Below, piece after piece: positions 1 to 14,699 of a stretch of 64,000 nucleotides of DNA. The notes beneath the pieces are model-generated. The model did no database searches, was not told the DNA's origin, and saw only the letters and a list, made by a program, of their open reading frames with translations. Positions within the stretch are counted from its first letter, which is position 1. Each line of letters begins with the position of its first letter. Source of the stretch: Octopus sinensis (Eukaryota); contig NC_043005.1 of assembly GCF_006345805.1 (NCBI RefSeq), positions 62,806,001-62,870,000 on the forward strand. The letters are read 5' to 3'. The translations under genes and the position numbers were made by a program.

Positions 1-94
1 TTTGTTTTCTATTTCTTGTACAATATTTATTTATTAACAGAATACCAGAATACTTTTTATAATAACCATTTTTGCAAGTACTCCCTGACTGACC

Positions 95-285
95 CTCATG
101 CCGGTGGCATGTAAAAAGCACCCACTACACTCTTGAAGTGGTAGGTGTTAGGAAGGGCATCCAGCTGTAGAAACTTTGCCAGATCAGATTGCAGCCTGGT
201 GCAGCCTCCTGACTTGCCAGTCCTCAGTCAAACTGTCCAATCCATGCCACCATGGAAAGCAGATGTTAAACGATGATGATGATGA
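95..285 (+). mobile_element. RTE 3'-tail-derived short element (non-autonomous or 5'-truncated), ending in (GAT)n
   Basis: Matches the last ~190 bp of the RTE copy at 26150-26343 (gccggtggca.gtaaaaagcacc...aggaagggcatccagc.gtagaaac...catggaaagcaga.g.taaacgatgatgat). Confidence 0.85.
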
Positions 286-1339
286 ATCCATAGAAAGCCA
301 ATTTCCTTGCTTGCTGTCTATTAATAACTAGAGAGGAATGATGCTGAACAGAAGGATCTAGATAACAGAAATTAGTTTAGAATATAAGAACAATCTATTT
401 ATCAAATGGAAGGAGTGTAATAGTTCTAAACAAACAAAAAAAAAAACTTTCAACAAATAAAATGCCTAATAGACACTCAAAACGAACAACAAATCTTCGT
501 TATACGGGCTCTTTTCCTAGGAGCAATCTGCTGTAATTTTAGAATAACTGCAAATCCTGGAATATTTTGTATGCACTTATATATATAATTTTATTTTATG
601 ACAGTATACCATAAATCATAAATGTTTCAATGACGTATATTAGATATTCCCAACTCTTAAGGCATTATATTTGCTAAGTTTATTATAATCCATGACAAGA
701 TTGTTTTGTTTTCTCCTATAAGAACTAACAAAAATACTGGTCATAGAATGTCTAGAATGTTAGAAGATACATAGAGAAGTGGATGTGATACTAGACTATC
801 TGCCCAGTTCTTGAGTTCAAATTCATTGCAGCTAGTTCAATATGTATCTGAAGGAGATTCTTCTTTCGTCTACTTAAAACTTGATATAAAATCTATTCAA
901 ACCTTTAGAAATCACTAGAGACTTAAGAGATATGGTACATGAGAGTTGAAATCTCCTATTAGATTGTTGATATATTTATTCATACTTTTGTTTAGGAAGA
1001 TATAACACATAGCCTATGTTACTGGTGCCGAAATAGTTGGACAGTTTTGAATGGCAGAACTGATCAAGCATGAATATGCTTTATTTTATAATGATTTGAG
1101 AATATTATTGAACGACTTGTTCTAAAGTAATCAGCAATTTCATCTCACTGTGTACAGAAGGAGAGAATTACTAACTTATAAATTGTAATTACTGTTGCAT
1201 TCATTAGTGACAGAATCAAGATTAGTACCAAAAGCCAATATTTATATCCAATTTAATGCAGATGTCTTCTTAGAATGTCAAATTCTGTGTTACTAGCTGT
1301 GAGATACCCTCTCACACAGGTGCATGGTGTATAAAAGCA

Positions 1340-1500
1340 TAGGCACAAATTGTAGAAGACAAGAATAATCTGTTATGGGTACTGGCATTTCCATATCATG
1401 TGATTTCAGAATTCCAGCACCGGAACTCTCATTTCATGTGATTTTAAAGTTATGGCACCCATAACAGACAAACCTCATCTACTACAATTTATGTCTACTA
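1340..1500. repeat. Degenerate palindromic (MITE-like) element
   Basis: taggcacaaattgtagaaga / tctactacaatttatgtcta and tctgttatgggtac / gcacccataacaga are reverse-complement matches around a centre near 1415. Confidence 0.6.
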
Positions 1501-1749
1501 ACGTGAGAGGATCTCTTTAAGGCTAATAATGCACTATTTGGCATTCTAACAAGATATTCACATTCAGATGGATATAAAGACTTCCCATTACATTTATTAT
1601 TGATGAAAACAAACTGATCTTTAAGAGAAAGGAAATTCATTTTAATTTTCATAACAATAAAATGTTATTATTTATGAATTTGAATACTGTTAAGAGTCAT
1701 TAGAGCAAACAAAGTGTGACATTTCTTACAGCACCTTAACATCTATGTT

Positions 1750-1885
1750 CAAATTTCACTGAGGTTAACTTTGCCTTTTATCTTTCCAGTGTTAATAAAA
1801 TAAAAGAACAGTCATATACTGGGGTCAATATAATCAACTAACCTCTTCTCCCTAAATTTCTAGTCATGTGCCTTTATAAGAATCA
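1750..1885 (+). mobile_element. Degenerate Meta-domain-like SINE fragment
   Basis: gaggttaactttgccttttatctttcc...ggggtcaatataatcaacta resembles copies at 14700-15125 and 48440-48640. Confidence 0.55.
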
Positions 1886-2591
1886 ATGAATTTCTGTAAA
1901 ATCTGCATCTAGCATTAAGCAACAAATACCCAACATTTGCTACTAAATACTTTTTATCCCTATTTTAATTCTCAATGATATTTGTCATACTAACAAATAC
2001 AATATGAATTTTGTTCAGTTTAGCTATGTCTATAAATGGTTCCAATTTTTTATTCTTAGGGAAGTGCTGTATTCAAGTTTCACTTTATTGTAGTTACAAA
2101 CATTTGTGCTGTCATCATGTTGCCTTTCAACCCTGCTAAGTTTATCATGGATTACAATAAATTTGGCAAATATAAGATTTAATTTTAGAGACTTTTGAAT
2201 ACTCATACAGTTCTTTTTGTGAACATCTTGATTTTTAGAAGTTTATAATCACTTTTGTTGTAGAATAAGATATTCGGTTATATAAATCCCCTTTTCATAT
2301 TGACCATGCCAATTCTATTTCAGAGTTCCAGAGAAGAAATTCAGAACAAATTGATTTTCTAAGATTATATACTAAATAGATAGAATGTTAAATTTGTCAG
2401 GAGATATAGTATTTCCTATGAGTAATCTAGGACTAAAAATATATTATACATATTCGAGTACTTGGGCTAAAAATACAAGAGACTGTATGCATGTGTGTAT
2501 GCATGAGTAGATCATTAAATCATACCTTGGTTTCACATACTGTCCAAGTATGTATCTATATTCTTCAGAGAATAAGTATTAAGAATAATAG

Positions 2592-2637
<46 letters not shown>
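2592..2637. repeat. (TG)n microsatellite
   Basis: Direct observation. Confidence 0.95.
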
Positions 2638-2641
<4 letters not shown>

Positions 2642-3365
2642 AAAATTAGCACACAACACATACATGCACACATGGAAAAAATCACAAGAAGTACTTGCAA
2701 GATGTTGCATAGTGATAGTAAAATCTTAGATATCTCATGCTTCGAAATCAAATATGTGTATACATATATATATATATATATTTATGTGTGCACACAAGTA
2801 GCTGAGTTTTTCATATGAAATTCACAAACAGGCAGACTGAGAGAAAGATGGCTGGCTAGAATTAGATATAACTGTAGATATTACAATTATGAATTGTAGC
2901 CCAGGAACATGTTTCTGCTAGTAAAATGTGTCCTGCAGCAATTATTTCAATACCATAATTCAATTCATATCTTGGCTGATTGCATAACTAAGTGAACTTA
3001 TTCCCCTCAGTGCCTAAAGATATTTCCTCACAAACATCTACATACAATGTGTGCATTGCACATATGCATTATATAATTTTGTGATAAAAGAATATCCAGA
3101 AGCTAAGATGATTACTTTTTTGTCATTTCTAAATTGCCGAAAGTCTCTAACTATATAACAACATAAATTTCCTGAAACAGTATTATAGAAAGTGGAATTT
3201 ATTGAATATTTTGAAATCTATAACTATTTTGTAATAATCTTCTAAATGTTTTGTTGTATTAAAAAAAATATAAAATTTGTAAAATGTATTTATACATAAG
3301 TTTGCTTTCATCTGTTGAGTTAATAAAAAATAATGTTGTAAACTTGAAAGGGTTGCTTTACTTAC

Positions 3366-3454
3366 CAGGATGAAAGAATCCCCAAGGCTTCAATGGAAGT
3401 GTTACTGGCATCGTTAAAGCCAGACCGCCTTATTTTAACACATGTCATGAGCTC
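3366..3454 (-). CDS. Candidate internal coding exon (89 nt) of an unidentified host gene: ELMTCVKIRRSGFNDASNTSIEALGILSS
   Basis: On the minus strand: acceptor ttttgtattttatttatag, donor CTG|gtaagt, only one of three frames open, higher GC with CpGs than the flanks. No protein family recognised. Confidence 0.45.
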
Positions 3455-4899
3455 CTATAAATAAAATACAAAATGAAGAAAAATTTTATTTTTAATGATA
3501 ACAAGTAGTTTAATGTAAACAAAAAATTTCATTTTAACTATAAAATAACATTATTTCAATACAATGCCATAAATTTGTAGGAGTAATTTACATAGTTCTT
3601 TGACTTGACTCCAGTGTGTAAATGATAGTTATTGTATCAATCTCAATAAGATTGAAGCAGCATTGATGCCAACAGGGTTTAAACTATGTAAAAAGACAAA
3701 AATCATTACTTCTGAAGAATGTAGTAAACAGTGTACTGTATGCAACATTCCTAAATAATACTAAGTATAATGTACCATGAAGTTTACAGTACGTAAATAA
3801 TTATATATTGTCTTGGTGTCATTAGCTATAACTCTGTTGCTGACAATCACACTTTTACCATTTCACAGCTCCCAACATTTATACCTGGACGTTGGCCAGT
3901 TTGTTGATTAATGAAAATTTCTTTCATCTTTCAAACTTGCACTCAAAATGTTAGACTCCTACTACTTTACTTTGCTGTTGTGTTCAGAATCAAATACTGC
4001 AATATATTTATTGATTTAAGAGAGATCTAACTGCTATGTTTAGCAGGTCAAGTAACAATATGGCTACTCCTTTTCTTGAAAATATAATGTAAGAAAATGA
4101 TGTCTACCAAATACTTTTGAAAACTTTATCTATATTGGAACAAATCTTCCAAACATTTTGTTGCATTAAAAAACATTTTAATTTTTTGGCTCCTACTAAG
4201 AATACCATACAGTATATACAGTATATAAGAAGAATTTATACAGTATATAGGAAGTATATACAGTATATAGGAAGAATACATACACTAAAATGACTGCAAA
4301 AGTCACAAACCACTCCGTTTCTAAATATTGTGCATGAAAAGTATATGTATTGATGAGCAACAACAACTGCACTCAGAGTAAGTCCACTTTGACTGCCTTG
4401 TAGTCACTCACAGCACTTGCTGTCATGGAAGAGCAGAGTGGAAAATTAGAGGCATAATAAATGTAACATACCCACACTGCTGCATAATTTATCATGTGAT
4501 AAAGCTGTGAATACTTTAGTGTACTGTGTGGTTCTGAACCAGACAGAAGACTGGAATATCCAAAGTACTGAATGTGTTGGTTGTAACTAGACATTCAACC
4601 AATTACCAGTAGTTCTGCTCAGTCAGAGCTGATCTGAGGATACACAAACAATAACTGAAACATGATCAGCCAGGAATATGCAACAACTAATCCAACACTG
4701 GTTTGCCATTTATAATCTAGAGGATTTTCCATTCATTATGCACAACATAAAATGAAACTGTTAAATATTTATAATCTTATACATTTTATTCACACTTTAA
4801 TTTATTGACCAAAATTACAAAATTACAGTAGTTCAAAGTTTTCTTCTTTTAAATTGGATTGATTTGAAAAAAGGTTCTGTGGTAATACCATTTGCAGAT

Positions 4900-5270
4900 C
4901 CTCTGAGACAGGTAAGGTCAATATGGGTAAGACTCCTTTTACATGATTGCAAGTTGCTGGCCTCAAGAAAAACATGTTCAGAACAGAATTCCAGAGTGTC
5001 AACATTCTGGGGAGGAAGAACTGGGTATAGCATTTCATGTGAAATGAAGAGATATTGGCACAATATGGGTGATGACAGTTGAGGGTGACTGAGTGGAGGT
5101 GGCACAATGCCAGTCTGCTGGGGAGCAGAGACTAATATAATAGTGGTAGAAAAAGCAGAGACAAAAGAGCAATGTGGGGTTGTAGTAATTATATAAAATG
5201 CTATAAGAAATAATAAAATGTGGGGTGATTTTAAAGCCATATTATGTCCAGTAATTCTCTCAAGAAACAT
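4900..5270 (-). mobile_element. Crack/L2-like LINE, decayed 3' end of the RT ORF
   Basis: Peptide YTQFFLPRMLTLWNS..NMFF, with NLQSCK in another frame, resembles the C-terminal 'SFFPRT..LWNSLP..FP..YNLQ.FK' motif of L2/Crack-group ORF2. Confidence 0.6.
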
Positions 5271-5467
5271 CAGATATTTTCAGCTTAAAGTTAGAAAGAG
5301 AAAGAAAAACGCATAATCATCTCAAATTTGCAATTCAAATAGAGTTTAATTAATCTATATTTTCAATAAGAACACATTATGATAAGCCAATAATAGGTTA
5401 TAGTTCAAGAAAATTTTCAATAAAAGGCAGTGCTGAAAGATATATTAAGAATAATTTTAAATAATAT

Positions 5468-5800
5468 GGATGCAAGCATGGCCAAGTGATCAAGAAGTTT
5501 GCTTTGCAATTCTAATATCTTGAGTTCAATCCCAGAGTGGCATCATGGGCAAATATCTTTAACTATGGTTTCAGGTAGAGCCAAACACATGACTGAAAAT
5601 GGGTTGACACAGTTTATGTGGAGGAAGCTCATAAAATGAAATATAGCCATAATTCAAGGAGCTTGACTTGTCATACAGAATGTCATGCTGATTCTTTTCT
5701 GCCTGAGAATTATGTTAAAGAAACACGTGTCTTTGAGATGCTCGCTCACATGATAATTCAACGAATATGGAGTAAAGTTGATTGAAATCTAGGAACAGTC
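5468..5800 (+). mobile_element. Degenerate tRNA-derived CORE-like SINE
   Basis: Decayed A/B boxes (tggccaagtg, gagttcaatcc) followed by ggcatcatgggcaaatatctt, similar to the intact copies at 43834 and 60511. Confidence 0.5.
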
Positions 5801-7286
5801 ACGAGTGAAAGCATAGAGATCCAATTACTCTGTATGCTTATTAAGAATAATGATATTTCGAGTAAATTCACATATTACCTACATATCTCATCAACATATA
5901 TCAATAACAGCTGCTTTTCATTCATATCAGCTTATACCTTTATAAGTTAATCCAGTATTATTAATAAGTATAACTAATTGTCTCACAAACTCTATACTCT
6001 AGTGTTCGTTTTCAATAAACATATAGTTTTAATAAATATATATATTTAATAAATAATATAGTGAAAAAATGCTGATTCAAACTTTGCCAGATTTGAAAAA
6101 TAAACTGAATAATTCATAAACAACATATTGATATTGGCCTACTGTTAAGTTATCAACTCATTTTAGTTGATTGAAGAAGAGAATGATGATAATGCTAAAC
6201 CAACAATAGTTAAACTAACAATAATGATGATGATGATAACAATGATGGCAGCTACTACAACAATGATGATGATGTATATGCTGCTGCTGATATCTGCTAA
6301 CATTGATCTCTCATTCAATAAAAATGAACCAATAGAATATAGATATAAAACAAAAGAAATAACAGTGAATATATTTCCATTAATGTGCAATATAAACTAT
6401 TAATGTTTAATCAAGTATCTGCCGTCAATGCAAACAAAGATTATATGTCAACAGATATATTTTCACTATATTAATTATAACCAATGTCTAATGTTAGTCG
6501 GCCTATATCTACTATCTGAAGTTACATTGATATAGTAAATAATTATAAATTACATTACTGAGTCAATAAGGAAATATTACATTAACAGGAGACAACTCTT
6601 GGCCCCAGAATTGTTAAATGCAATGATGTGAATCAGAAGTCAAACACGGATACTGTTTTGTTGTTTAATCATTTACTATAAAAGTGAAACCTAGTTGTCT
6701 AATATGTTTTGTTGAGCAGGTATGTTATATAGATACATATTCATATATAATAATATATACATATTATTATATATAAATTATACATTATTATATATCATTA
6801 TTTTAATGCCTAATTTTCCATTTTTGCATTGGGCAGACCAAAGTACATTGGAGTAGTGTTTTATGACCAGCAACCCTTCCTATCACTAATACCTCTTATT
6901 TCCAAGTGGAGTAATATGCTAACAATAGGAAGTGGAGTAATAATCTAAAAATAATAAATTTATCAATCAACAAACAGCCTGGATATGTTTTATGAAGAGA
7001 ACAAACAACACTGGTTGAAAGAACTTTTTGTTTACAGATATCATGCAAAATGTCAAGAAACACAGACTTGGTTTCATGGTGCACTCGAAGCAAATGACAC
7101 TGTCAGGAGGCCATTGTTTACTAAGTGTTGAACACAAGGGAAATATGAACTTATGCAAACACACATACATATGTGTGTATGCACATACCTGCATCTATAT
7201 GACAGTATTCTTTCAGTTTCTGTTTACCAAATCTACTCACAAGACTTTGGTCAGCTGTGGAATTGAAATCAAAATGATATGGTTGA

Positions 7287-7409
7287 TACACATACATACA
7301 TACATACATACATACATACATACATACATACATACATACATACATACATACATACATACATACATACGTACATACACACACACAGATACACACACACATA
7401 CATACATAT
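7287..7409. repeat. (CATA)n microsatellite
   Basis: Direct observation. Confidence 0.95.
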
Positions 7410-7649
7410 AAAATACCCTGTTGTTGATGTTGAAATTCCAATGAAGGAACCTTGGATCTAGGTTAGATAGTGACTCTTTCTCTCTTAGCAAGAAATCATG
7501 AAATAAAACTGAACAATGACATACATACAACTATACATGCATGGATAGATGTATGCATGTATGCATCCATCCATCCATACATACATACATACATATATAC
7601 ATACATACATGCATACACACTGTGTTGGAGTTTGGTCAGGATAAATGTG

Positions 7650-9060
7650 TTATATGGTTGTGAAAAGGAGTAAAACTGTAAACCAGACTAGCAACATCTC
7701 CATCAATGACTTGACTATTTCCCCAATATCTGATGAGGAATGTTATAGGTATCAAGAGGTGTATGAAAACCTATCTTACAATGACACCTGTAACAAAACA
7801 CATGTCACTAAAGAATATTACAGCCAAATAAAGAAAATACGGAACTCAGAACTCAGTACATTCAATAAAACAGGGGCCCACAATGTGTTGCAGTGCCAGT
7901 ACCCATACCAACATCTGAGCCGCTTGATTGGATGCTTGATGAGATCTGAGCCTTTGATGTGAAAACCGAAATAATACTAACAAGCACATGTAATTTCTAC
8001 ATAAACAGTGATGTAAACTGCCTCTACCTAAAATGGAAATAAGGCACCAAGTGTCTTTTAACCACCAAGTGTCAAAGTGCATCTCTTGACCAAGTTTGCA
8101 TACATGAGGCTGATAACATTATAAGACTTAGAAGGCAGCTCCTTGAGCAACATTCCTTATCTGACAACCTTAAATACATGCCCAAAGAAGTTGCACGACT
8201 CTACCAGAACATATCATCAGATGAAAGGATGAGCATATATGAGCAGAAGGCTATGCATGGATATGTTATTAAAAAGCTCCAAGATGACAGTAACATCAAT
8301 CATTAAAGCAGTTTATCATGGATGAATAGCCAGATTACAACATCCCACTTTGAAGAGTATGTGTTTTCAATCCATGAACAGCAATTATCAACCAAGTACC
8401 TGATGTACAAAAGGGACAGAGATGCAGGAAAAGCAGTAAAATGTGACAACCAATGCAAGCTCTGTAGTGTTAAAACAGAAGACATCACCCACATCAGAAG
8501 CAGTTCTCCAAAAATGTCATCGCATTATTATCTACCAATGCCTCTTATCTACTGATGAAACATGATTTTGTATCTAGGACACTCTATAATGAAATCCATC
8601 AGAAAGATAACTCCTGAGAACAAAGAAATAAGAACTCACAGTATGGTAGAAGCTATATCCACTCATAATAAAAAGGAGTACTGGTGGAATGTCCCAGTGA
8701 AGACCTCAATAAAATGTAAGCACAACAGGCCTGATATAATGATTTGGGATAGAGAAGAGAAACTGTGCACAGTTGTGGAAATTAGCTGCCTAGTGGATGT
8801 TAACATAACACTTTTAACTTCATACTTACTGCTACCGGAGCAACAAAATGCACACCAAACTGTCTGGAACAAAGTATAGCTGAGCTTGGGTGCATGGGGA
8901 GAGAAGACAAATCCTTAATCCATAGAGTATAAATGATCATGGTATCTGGGACTATGAAAATCTGCAAGACCTTCTGAAGATCTAAAGGATGATGAATAAA
9001 ACAAGATGCTTTCCTTCACAATCTTGCTACCAAATAGGTGTCCAGTCAAAATTTATTCTG
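7650..9060 (+). mobile_element. R4/Dong-type non-LTR retrotransposon, 5'-truncated and decayed (RT thumb to REL endonuclease)
   Basis: ORF fragments TKEYYSQIKKIRNSELSTFNK, FEEYVFSIHEQQLSTKY, WWNVPVKTSIKCKHNRPDIMIWDREEKLCTVVEISC (PD..E nuclease) and terminal SGTMKICKTF. Confidence 0.8.
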
Positions 9061-9167
9061 AATTAAAAAGAGAAATAGAACACACACACACACACACATA
9101 CACACACACACATATACATCATCCGATCACCATTACTATTCTGTCCGTTTCTTACACGACAAATCTT

Positions 9168-9545
9168 GATCATCATCATCATTGTTCGACCGTGGTCGAG
9201 ACAATGGAATTTACTATGTTACGCCAGACTTCACGGTCCATCATAGCATTACGGAGGTCCTGTTGCTGGATGCCTGTATCCCTGGAGATTACATCAGGGT
9301 AGGAGAGTGTGCGCCCTCTGGTATTGCGAGTAGATGGCTTCCAGAGGAGAAGAGTAGAAATTACTTCTTTTTCAGCTCTACAACAATGTCCAGCGAACTG
9401 GACTCTCCTACCTTTCACAATCCTGACCTGTGCACACATTCCCTGTGCACACATTCCCTCCCACTTTCTCCACAATCACTCAATCAGAGAACTAAATCCG
9501 TCTCCGTCATCATCCGTTACTCTCTCTTTTTCCGTTGTCCAAAGT
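9168..9545 (-). mobile_element. RTE-group LINE 3' end (distinct subfamily), (GAT)n tail
   Basis: Open frame RRVQFAGHCCRAEKEVISTLLLWKP...RGRTLSYPDVISRDTG...DREVWRNIV, ending directly in a GAT-repeat tail on the minus strand. Confidence 0.8.
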
Positions 9546-9782
9546 TATTCTCTGATTCTCAATTCAGTTGTGAGGGATCTTTAAGCTTTTTAGACTTGCA
9601 AGTTGCAAGGCAACCTTTCCAGTAGTAGTGATGCTACAAAAATCTATGCAATACACTCTGTAAAATGGCTAGTATTAGAAAGGTTATTCAGCTGTAGAAA
9701 TCATGCCTAAAACTGAAACACAGGTGCATGACATTGTCTTCCAATGCATCGAATTCTGCCAAATGATTCAACTCATGCCACT

Positions 9783-11400
9783 CATCATCATCATCATGAT
9801 TTAACGTCCATCTTCCATGCATCATGGGTTGATAGGAGCTGGCCAGGTAGGAAAATTATCCTAGGCTACAGTGTCTGTTTTGGTAGGGTTTTTATAGCTG
9901 GATGCCCTTTCTAACACCAACAGCTCCTCAGAGTCCACTCAGTGCTTTTTTTTTTGTGGCACTAGCACAATGGCTGGATGCCCTTCCAAATGCCAACCAC
10001 GTTACAATATGGACTGGATGTTTTTTAACATGGCACCAACACTGGTAGGGCAACCAAGTCTTCAGAAGACAAGGAATTATGAGAGGGGCAGGGCATTTGA
10101 TGAGTGGAGCTTGTGTCAGATGATGAAAGGTTAGAGTGTGATAAAGAGACAGAGAGACAGAAGCAGGTATCTGGCCACAACAGGGGGGCTATTAGAGAGA
10201 AATAGAGAGGCAGAAATAGGTGTCTTGCTATAGAGGAGGTACATGGTTACCCAGTGAGAGAGAGAGGAGTGAGAGAGAGGGAGAGAAAAGAGAGAGAGAA
10301 GAGAGAGAGGGAGAGAAGAAAGAGGGGAGAGAAGAGAGAGAGAGAGAGAGGGATAAACAGGTACAAGAAAGAGGCCAAAAACAAGTGTGTAAAAGATATA
10401 CTTGGTTACCTAGTCAAAGGGAAAACAAAAGGAGAGAGAGAGAGAGAGAAAGAGTGTGACCAGGAGAAAGAGAGTAGGAAATAGCAAAAGTATAAGAGAG
10501 AGCAGAAGAGAGATGGTGTAGTGATATGGGTATACTCACAAGTAACAAGGATCTGGGTAGAAAAATAGGGTATGGGTTGGGCGTTGGGGAGCAGCAATAC
10601 AGTGAGCAGGGTAGTGAGGGCAAGAAAGAGGATTGGAAAACAATCATAATTTATGAAGTGGAAATGTGAGGAAGAGAAGATGCAGTTGTAGTTTAGTTTC
10701 TTAGGGTAGAGTGGGTGAAAAGTGTGTTGTTAAATGTGGGTGGGACACAACTTTTCTAGCACTCAGTTTTGCAGATGGGTCTTCTCTAGAACCTCATATT
10801 GCCAAACGTCTCAGTCCACTGTCATTTCCTCTGTGAGGCCCAACATCCTAAAATTGGTTCTCACCACTTCATCCCATGTCTTCCTGGGTTTCCCTCTTCC
10901 AGTTACCATCCACTTTCAGTGACAGGGACTTCTGTGTACAACTGTCTTCATTCATAAGCATCACATGTTCAAATCAACACATTCTCCTTTCCTGTGTACC
11001 ACATTTAATAACTCTTATGTGTAACCTTTCTCTGAACACAGTTGTGCATTGTTGGTCACGCACACTGATGTTAAAAATCCAATGAAGCATACTACCTTCA
11101 TTCCTCTCCAGCCTACGCATGTCCTCTGTAGTCAGAGGCCAGGTCTCACTACCACGTAACATAGCCATTCTCACAAACATCATACAATCTACCTTTCACT
11201 CTGAGAAAGTCTCTTTGCTGCCAACAGAGGTAGTAGTTCTCTGAACTTCCTCCATCCTATTCTTATTCTAGAAACAATACTTTCGGAGCATCCACCACCA
11301 TTACTAATTTGGTCACCTAAATAGCAGTAACTATCTACTTCCTCAAGATAGCCTCCTGGGCATTTGAGAGAGTTTAAGTCCCACATGCTCTTAGTACTTA
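9783..11400 (-). mobile_element. RTE LINE 3' fragment with long CT/GA-rich 3' UTR
   Basis: ORFs 11189-11386 ([39 protein letters not shown]) and 10974-11183 (GSETWPLT.EDMRRLERNE) are homologous to the 24467 ORF; RTE tail (atc)n at ~9783. Confidence 0.85.
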
Positions 11401-12777
11401 CTGTTCCTACTTGATGCTCAGTATTATGTGAGTAAAATAGTATATATACAAATTAATACTGGTTATTTAAAGTTTCACAGGAAAAGCCAATCAAGAAATA
11501 TAAGCTGTTTATTATTTACTCAAGGAAATATGTATTAATGAGAGAAATAGCATCAGAATTTATGTTATACCCATGCTACTTAAAAGGTAGTCAATTTATT
11601 GATCTGAACACATTTTAATTATTGTTTTCCTCTTGGTATTATTTACATGCAATAGTTGATACATTAAGGTCAATTTACATTCACATTTTGGAAATTTGTG
11701 TGTGCCTGAGAGATTCAAACCAGAAGCTAGTAGACAAGTTTTAGAATAGGATATTTACCTACAGACTAGCTTTATACAATAGCCCTTCATCAATACCCTA
11801 CTGCCATTCATTTAGAAATATTCAAACATTACATGAACACAAGTCAATTAATTAAGCTGCTAAATTGATAAAACTGCTGGCCATGAGTCTAAACCTGACC
11901 ACAACAATTGTTTGGGGTTCTTGGAAAAGACAACTTAATTTACTCAGAAAATAAATAATAATGAAATTTTAAGAGATAATAAAAATGGACTGTAATAAAT
12001 ATAGCTGACCACAAACCAGTTGCTAAGAAATATATTAAAATTTGCAGACATGGCTTATAATTGCACTCGATAGTTACTAATCAAAGCAAACTAATAATGT
12101 TACTGGAATTCAATTTAGTTTCCTGTATTATTTCAACAAAGAATTAAGGAAATTTCATAACATCAAAGAAATCAAGAAATACATGACTGAACATTTTTTG
12201 CTTTTGCATTCTACTGTAGCATTGTTTCCAGCATTTCTAGTGTTATGAGGCATTATTGATATAAGCATTCACTACTATCATTTCAACAGCTATAAATGTA
12301 AACATTTACTACGTAACATGATATGTCCTCTATAATCGAAAAGACTACTGAGCGAATAGCTTCTGCTGTGATATGTGGCCTAACTGTGATAGCATTGTCC
12401 TTCCAGGTGAACTTAATATAAAAATAAAAGAAAAAAAGGCAAATAAAGGCCAAGTTGATGAAAAAGCAGAAGTAAAGTATAATGATAAATATTATGTTGA
12501 TGCTACTTTAAACGTGTTTACACTGTAGGCTGAAATTTCGAGAAGTGAGTATTATCTAGTATAGAGAGAGAGTCTATAAATTCAGTGATCATTTAGAAGG
12601 CAATCTAATGGAAATAGATAACTGAGATTGAAAATCTTGTGAAGCATAAAGATGTAGACAATGTCAAATATAAAGTCATACAGAAAGTTTGAAGCATTTC
12701 TAAACTGAAGAAGAGGTTAATGGTTTATCAACTGAACCATTTCTAGTCAGCAACATTTAGTTTATAGATAGATCAAT

Positions 12778-12778
12778 G

Positions 12779-12839
<61 letters not shown>

Positions 12840-12865
12840 CACATACATACATACATACATATATT
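12778..12865. repeat. (TA)n/(CATA)n compound microsatellite
   Basis: Direct observation. Confidence 0.9.
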
Positions 12866-13799
12866 TAATTTATCACATATTTACATATTTATAAAGTACA
12901 AAATAATGATCTTAAATGTATTTCAAGTGACATGTAAATAAAACACTTCAAAAATTGCTCTTTCACAAAATACAAACATTACATACATTCATATAGACAC
13001 CACACATACATACATTAAAGTATTATGTCCATATATGTTGATAACCACTAAAATATTTTGTCCTAGAGTTGTGTAATAAAGGGGAAGAAAAACAGAGTTC
13101 AAGTAAATAAATGATGACTTGCATCCGCAAAACAGTAACTAAAGTACACATGATATGATTATGTTTGTGAACCAAGATGAGAGGTGAGTTTAGTTGTCAA
13201 GGCCAAATCCTTCTAAGAAAAACAGAGGGAAATCCTGCCTCAAACACCAGATTTCCCTCTTTTCATAGCACACAAAGTTCTCTTATGCAGAATTCATAAA
13301 ACTTCAGATGAAAACCTGTGTATAGGTTCAAAATGTTTTATACAACAAACATAAGTGTTAGTTATCTATGATAATTTTGTATTAAGTTTGAAAGAGCCCC
13401 TTGAATAATATTTATATGTAATGGAGACATCTGCTAACAAGTAAATTCAATGCCCATATTTCTATATTTTCTATATTAAAAATGATTACAGATAGATCTA
13501 GATATTTACTTACTACTGTTTCCGAATCACAAATAGTTACCACAGAATATCAATCTTTGATCAAATTGACAAAATGTCTCATAAGAGAGCTTATTTATAA
13601 ATTTTAAAATAACAGTTAGCATGGTTCTCATCATTAGATTAATTACTTGTACATTCATTTAACAGTAATTGAGCTGAGCTTTACTGAGAAAAATAATATT
13701 GATGAAGATTTAGAACAGCAATACTTAAATAGCTATTATTTCAGCAAAATTTAAGTGAAAATTAGGGTAATTTTATTATAATAAGTTATTTATAAATAG

Positions 13800-13833
13800 T
13801 CCAACCCATGCTAGCATGGAGAACGGACGCTAA

Positions 13834-13866
<33 letters not shown>
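13800..13866 (+). mobile_element. Ultra-short RTE 3' tail insertion
   Basis: ccaacccatgctagcatggagaacggacgctaaa followed by (GAT)n, matching the RTE terminus at 26295-26343. Confidence 0.8.
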
Positions 13867-14525
13867 TATCCTTTAGTCAAATTATGTTATACATATGTAT
13901 AATTCAGAGATAAAAAGAAAAAGAAGTTAAATAAAATAAGGCAATTTAAAAATTTAAAACTATATCATAAAACATTATTGACTGTGAATCTGAATCCTTT
14001 GCATGTTTTAGTGAAAGCAATTCATTTATAATTTTCTTGAAGCAAACATTAACATACTTTTCAATAATTGATTAAAATGTTATGTATAAACTAACAATTA
14101 CCATATATGAATATGAAGTTTCCAATTGATTAACAACTAATACTAACATATCTTAAGATTTCTGACTCATGCTTCAGTCTTAACACAAATGGAATAGAGA
14201 TTTAGACTAAACATAGTTCCAAGAAAAAAAAAAAAATAGATGAGATAATTTGTTATACACCGTAGGCAGTAATTTTTTGCTGCAGGATCTAATTAAACTG
14301 AGAAAAATTATATATTGATGCTTTAAATAGAACTGGAGTGAATTTATCCTCATGGAAAAAAACTGCAACAAGCACTTCGGGACATCTCAGAAGAAAAAAA
14401 TGAGAAGTCCTTTCAATTGAGAAAGGAAAAACTAATGGAGCCATCTGCTGCACTGATCAAAGGCTCAACCAAAACACAGGCTAAAATTTTTAGACATACC
14501 AGCAGTGAACTATAGCAAAATTTGG

Positions 14526-14582
<57 letters not shown>

Positions 14583-14699
14583 TGTTTAGAAAAATATTAG
14601 TTTGGAGAAGAAGCACACTTTAAGAAGTAGAGCAGTCTCTCTCTGTGTTTTCAAAAATTAATGCTGCAAAGCACTATGTCCATTTGTACATTCTTATTT

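Noticed and set aside
5700-5740. GAAACACGTGTC, identical to a hammerhead stem III plus GUC
   Set aside because: No CUGANGA core or stem II; lies in a decayed SINE tail.
6980-7130. Plus-strand protein-like frame LDMFYEENKQHWLKELFVYRYHAKCQETQTWFHGALE
   Set aside because: No convincing donor site, no recognisable domain and no supporting plus-strand exon chain.
8830-9057. Minus-strand segment with strong acceptor and donor sites
   Set aside because: Stops in all three frames, and the plus strand encodes the R4 C-terminus.
12350-12530. Protein-like frame IVLPGELNIKIKEKKANKGQVDEKAEVKY
   Set aside because: Bounded by stops and has no family match; may be unidentifiable TE debris.
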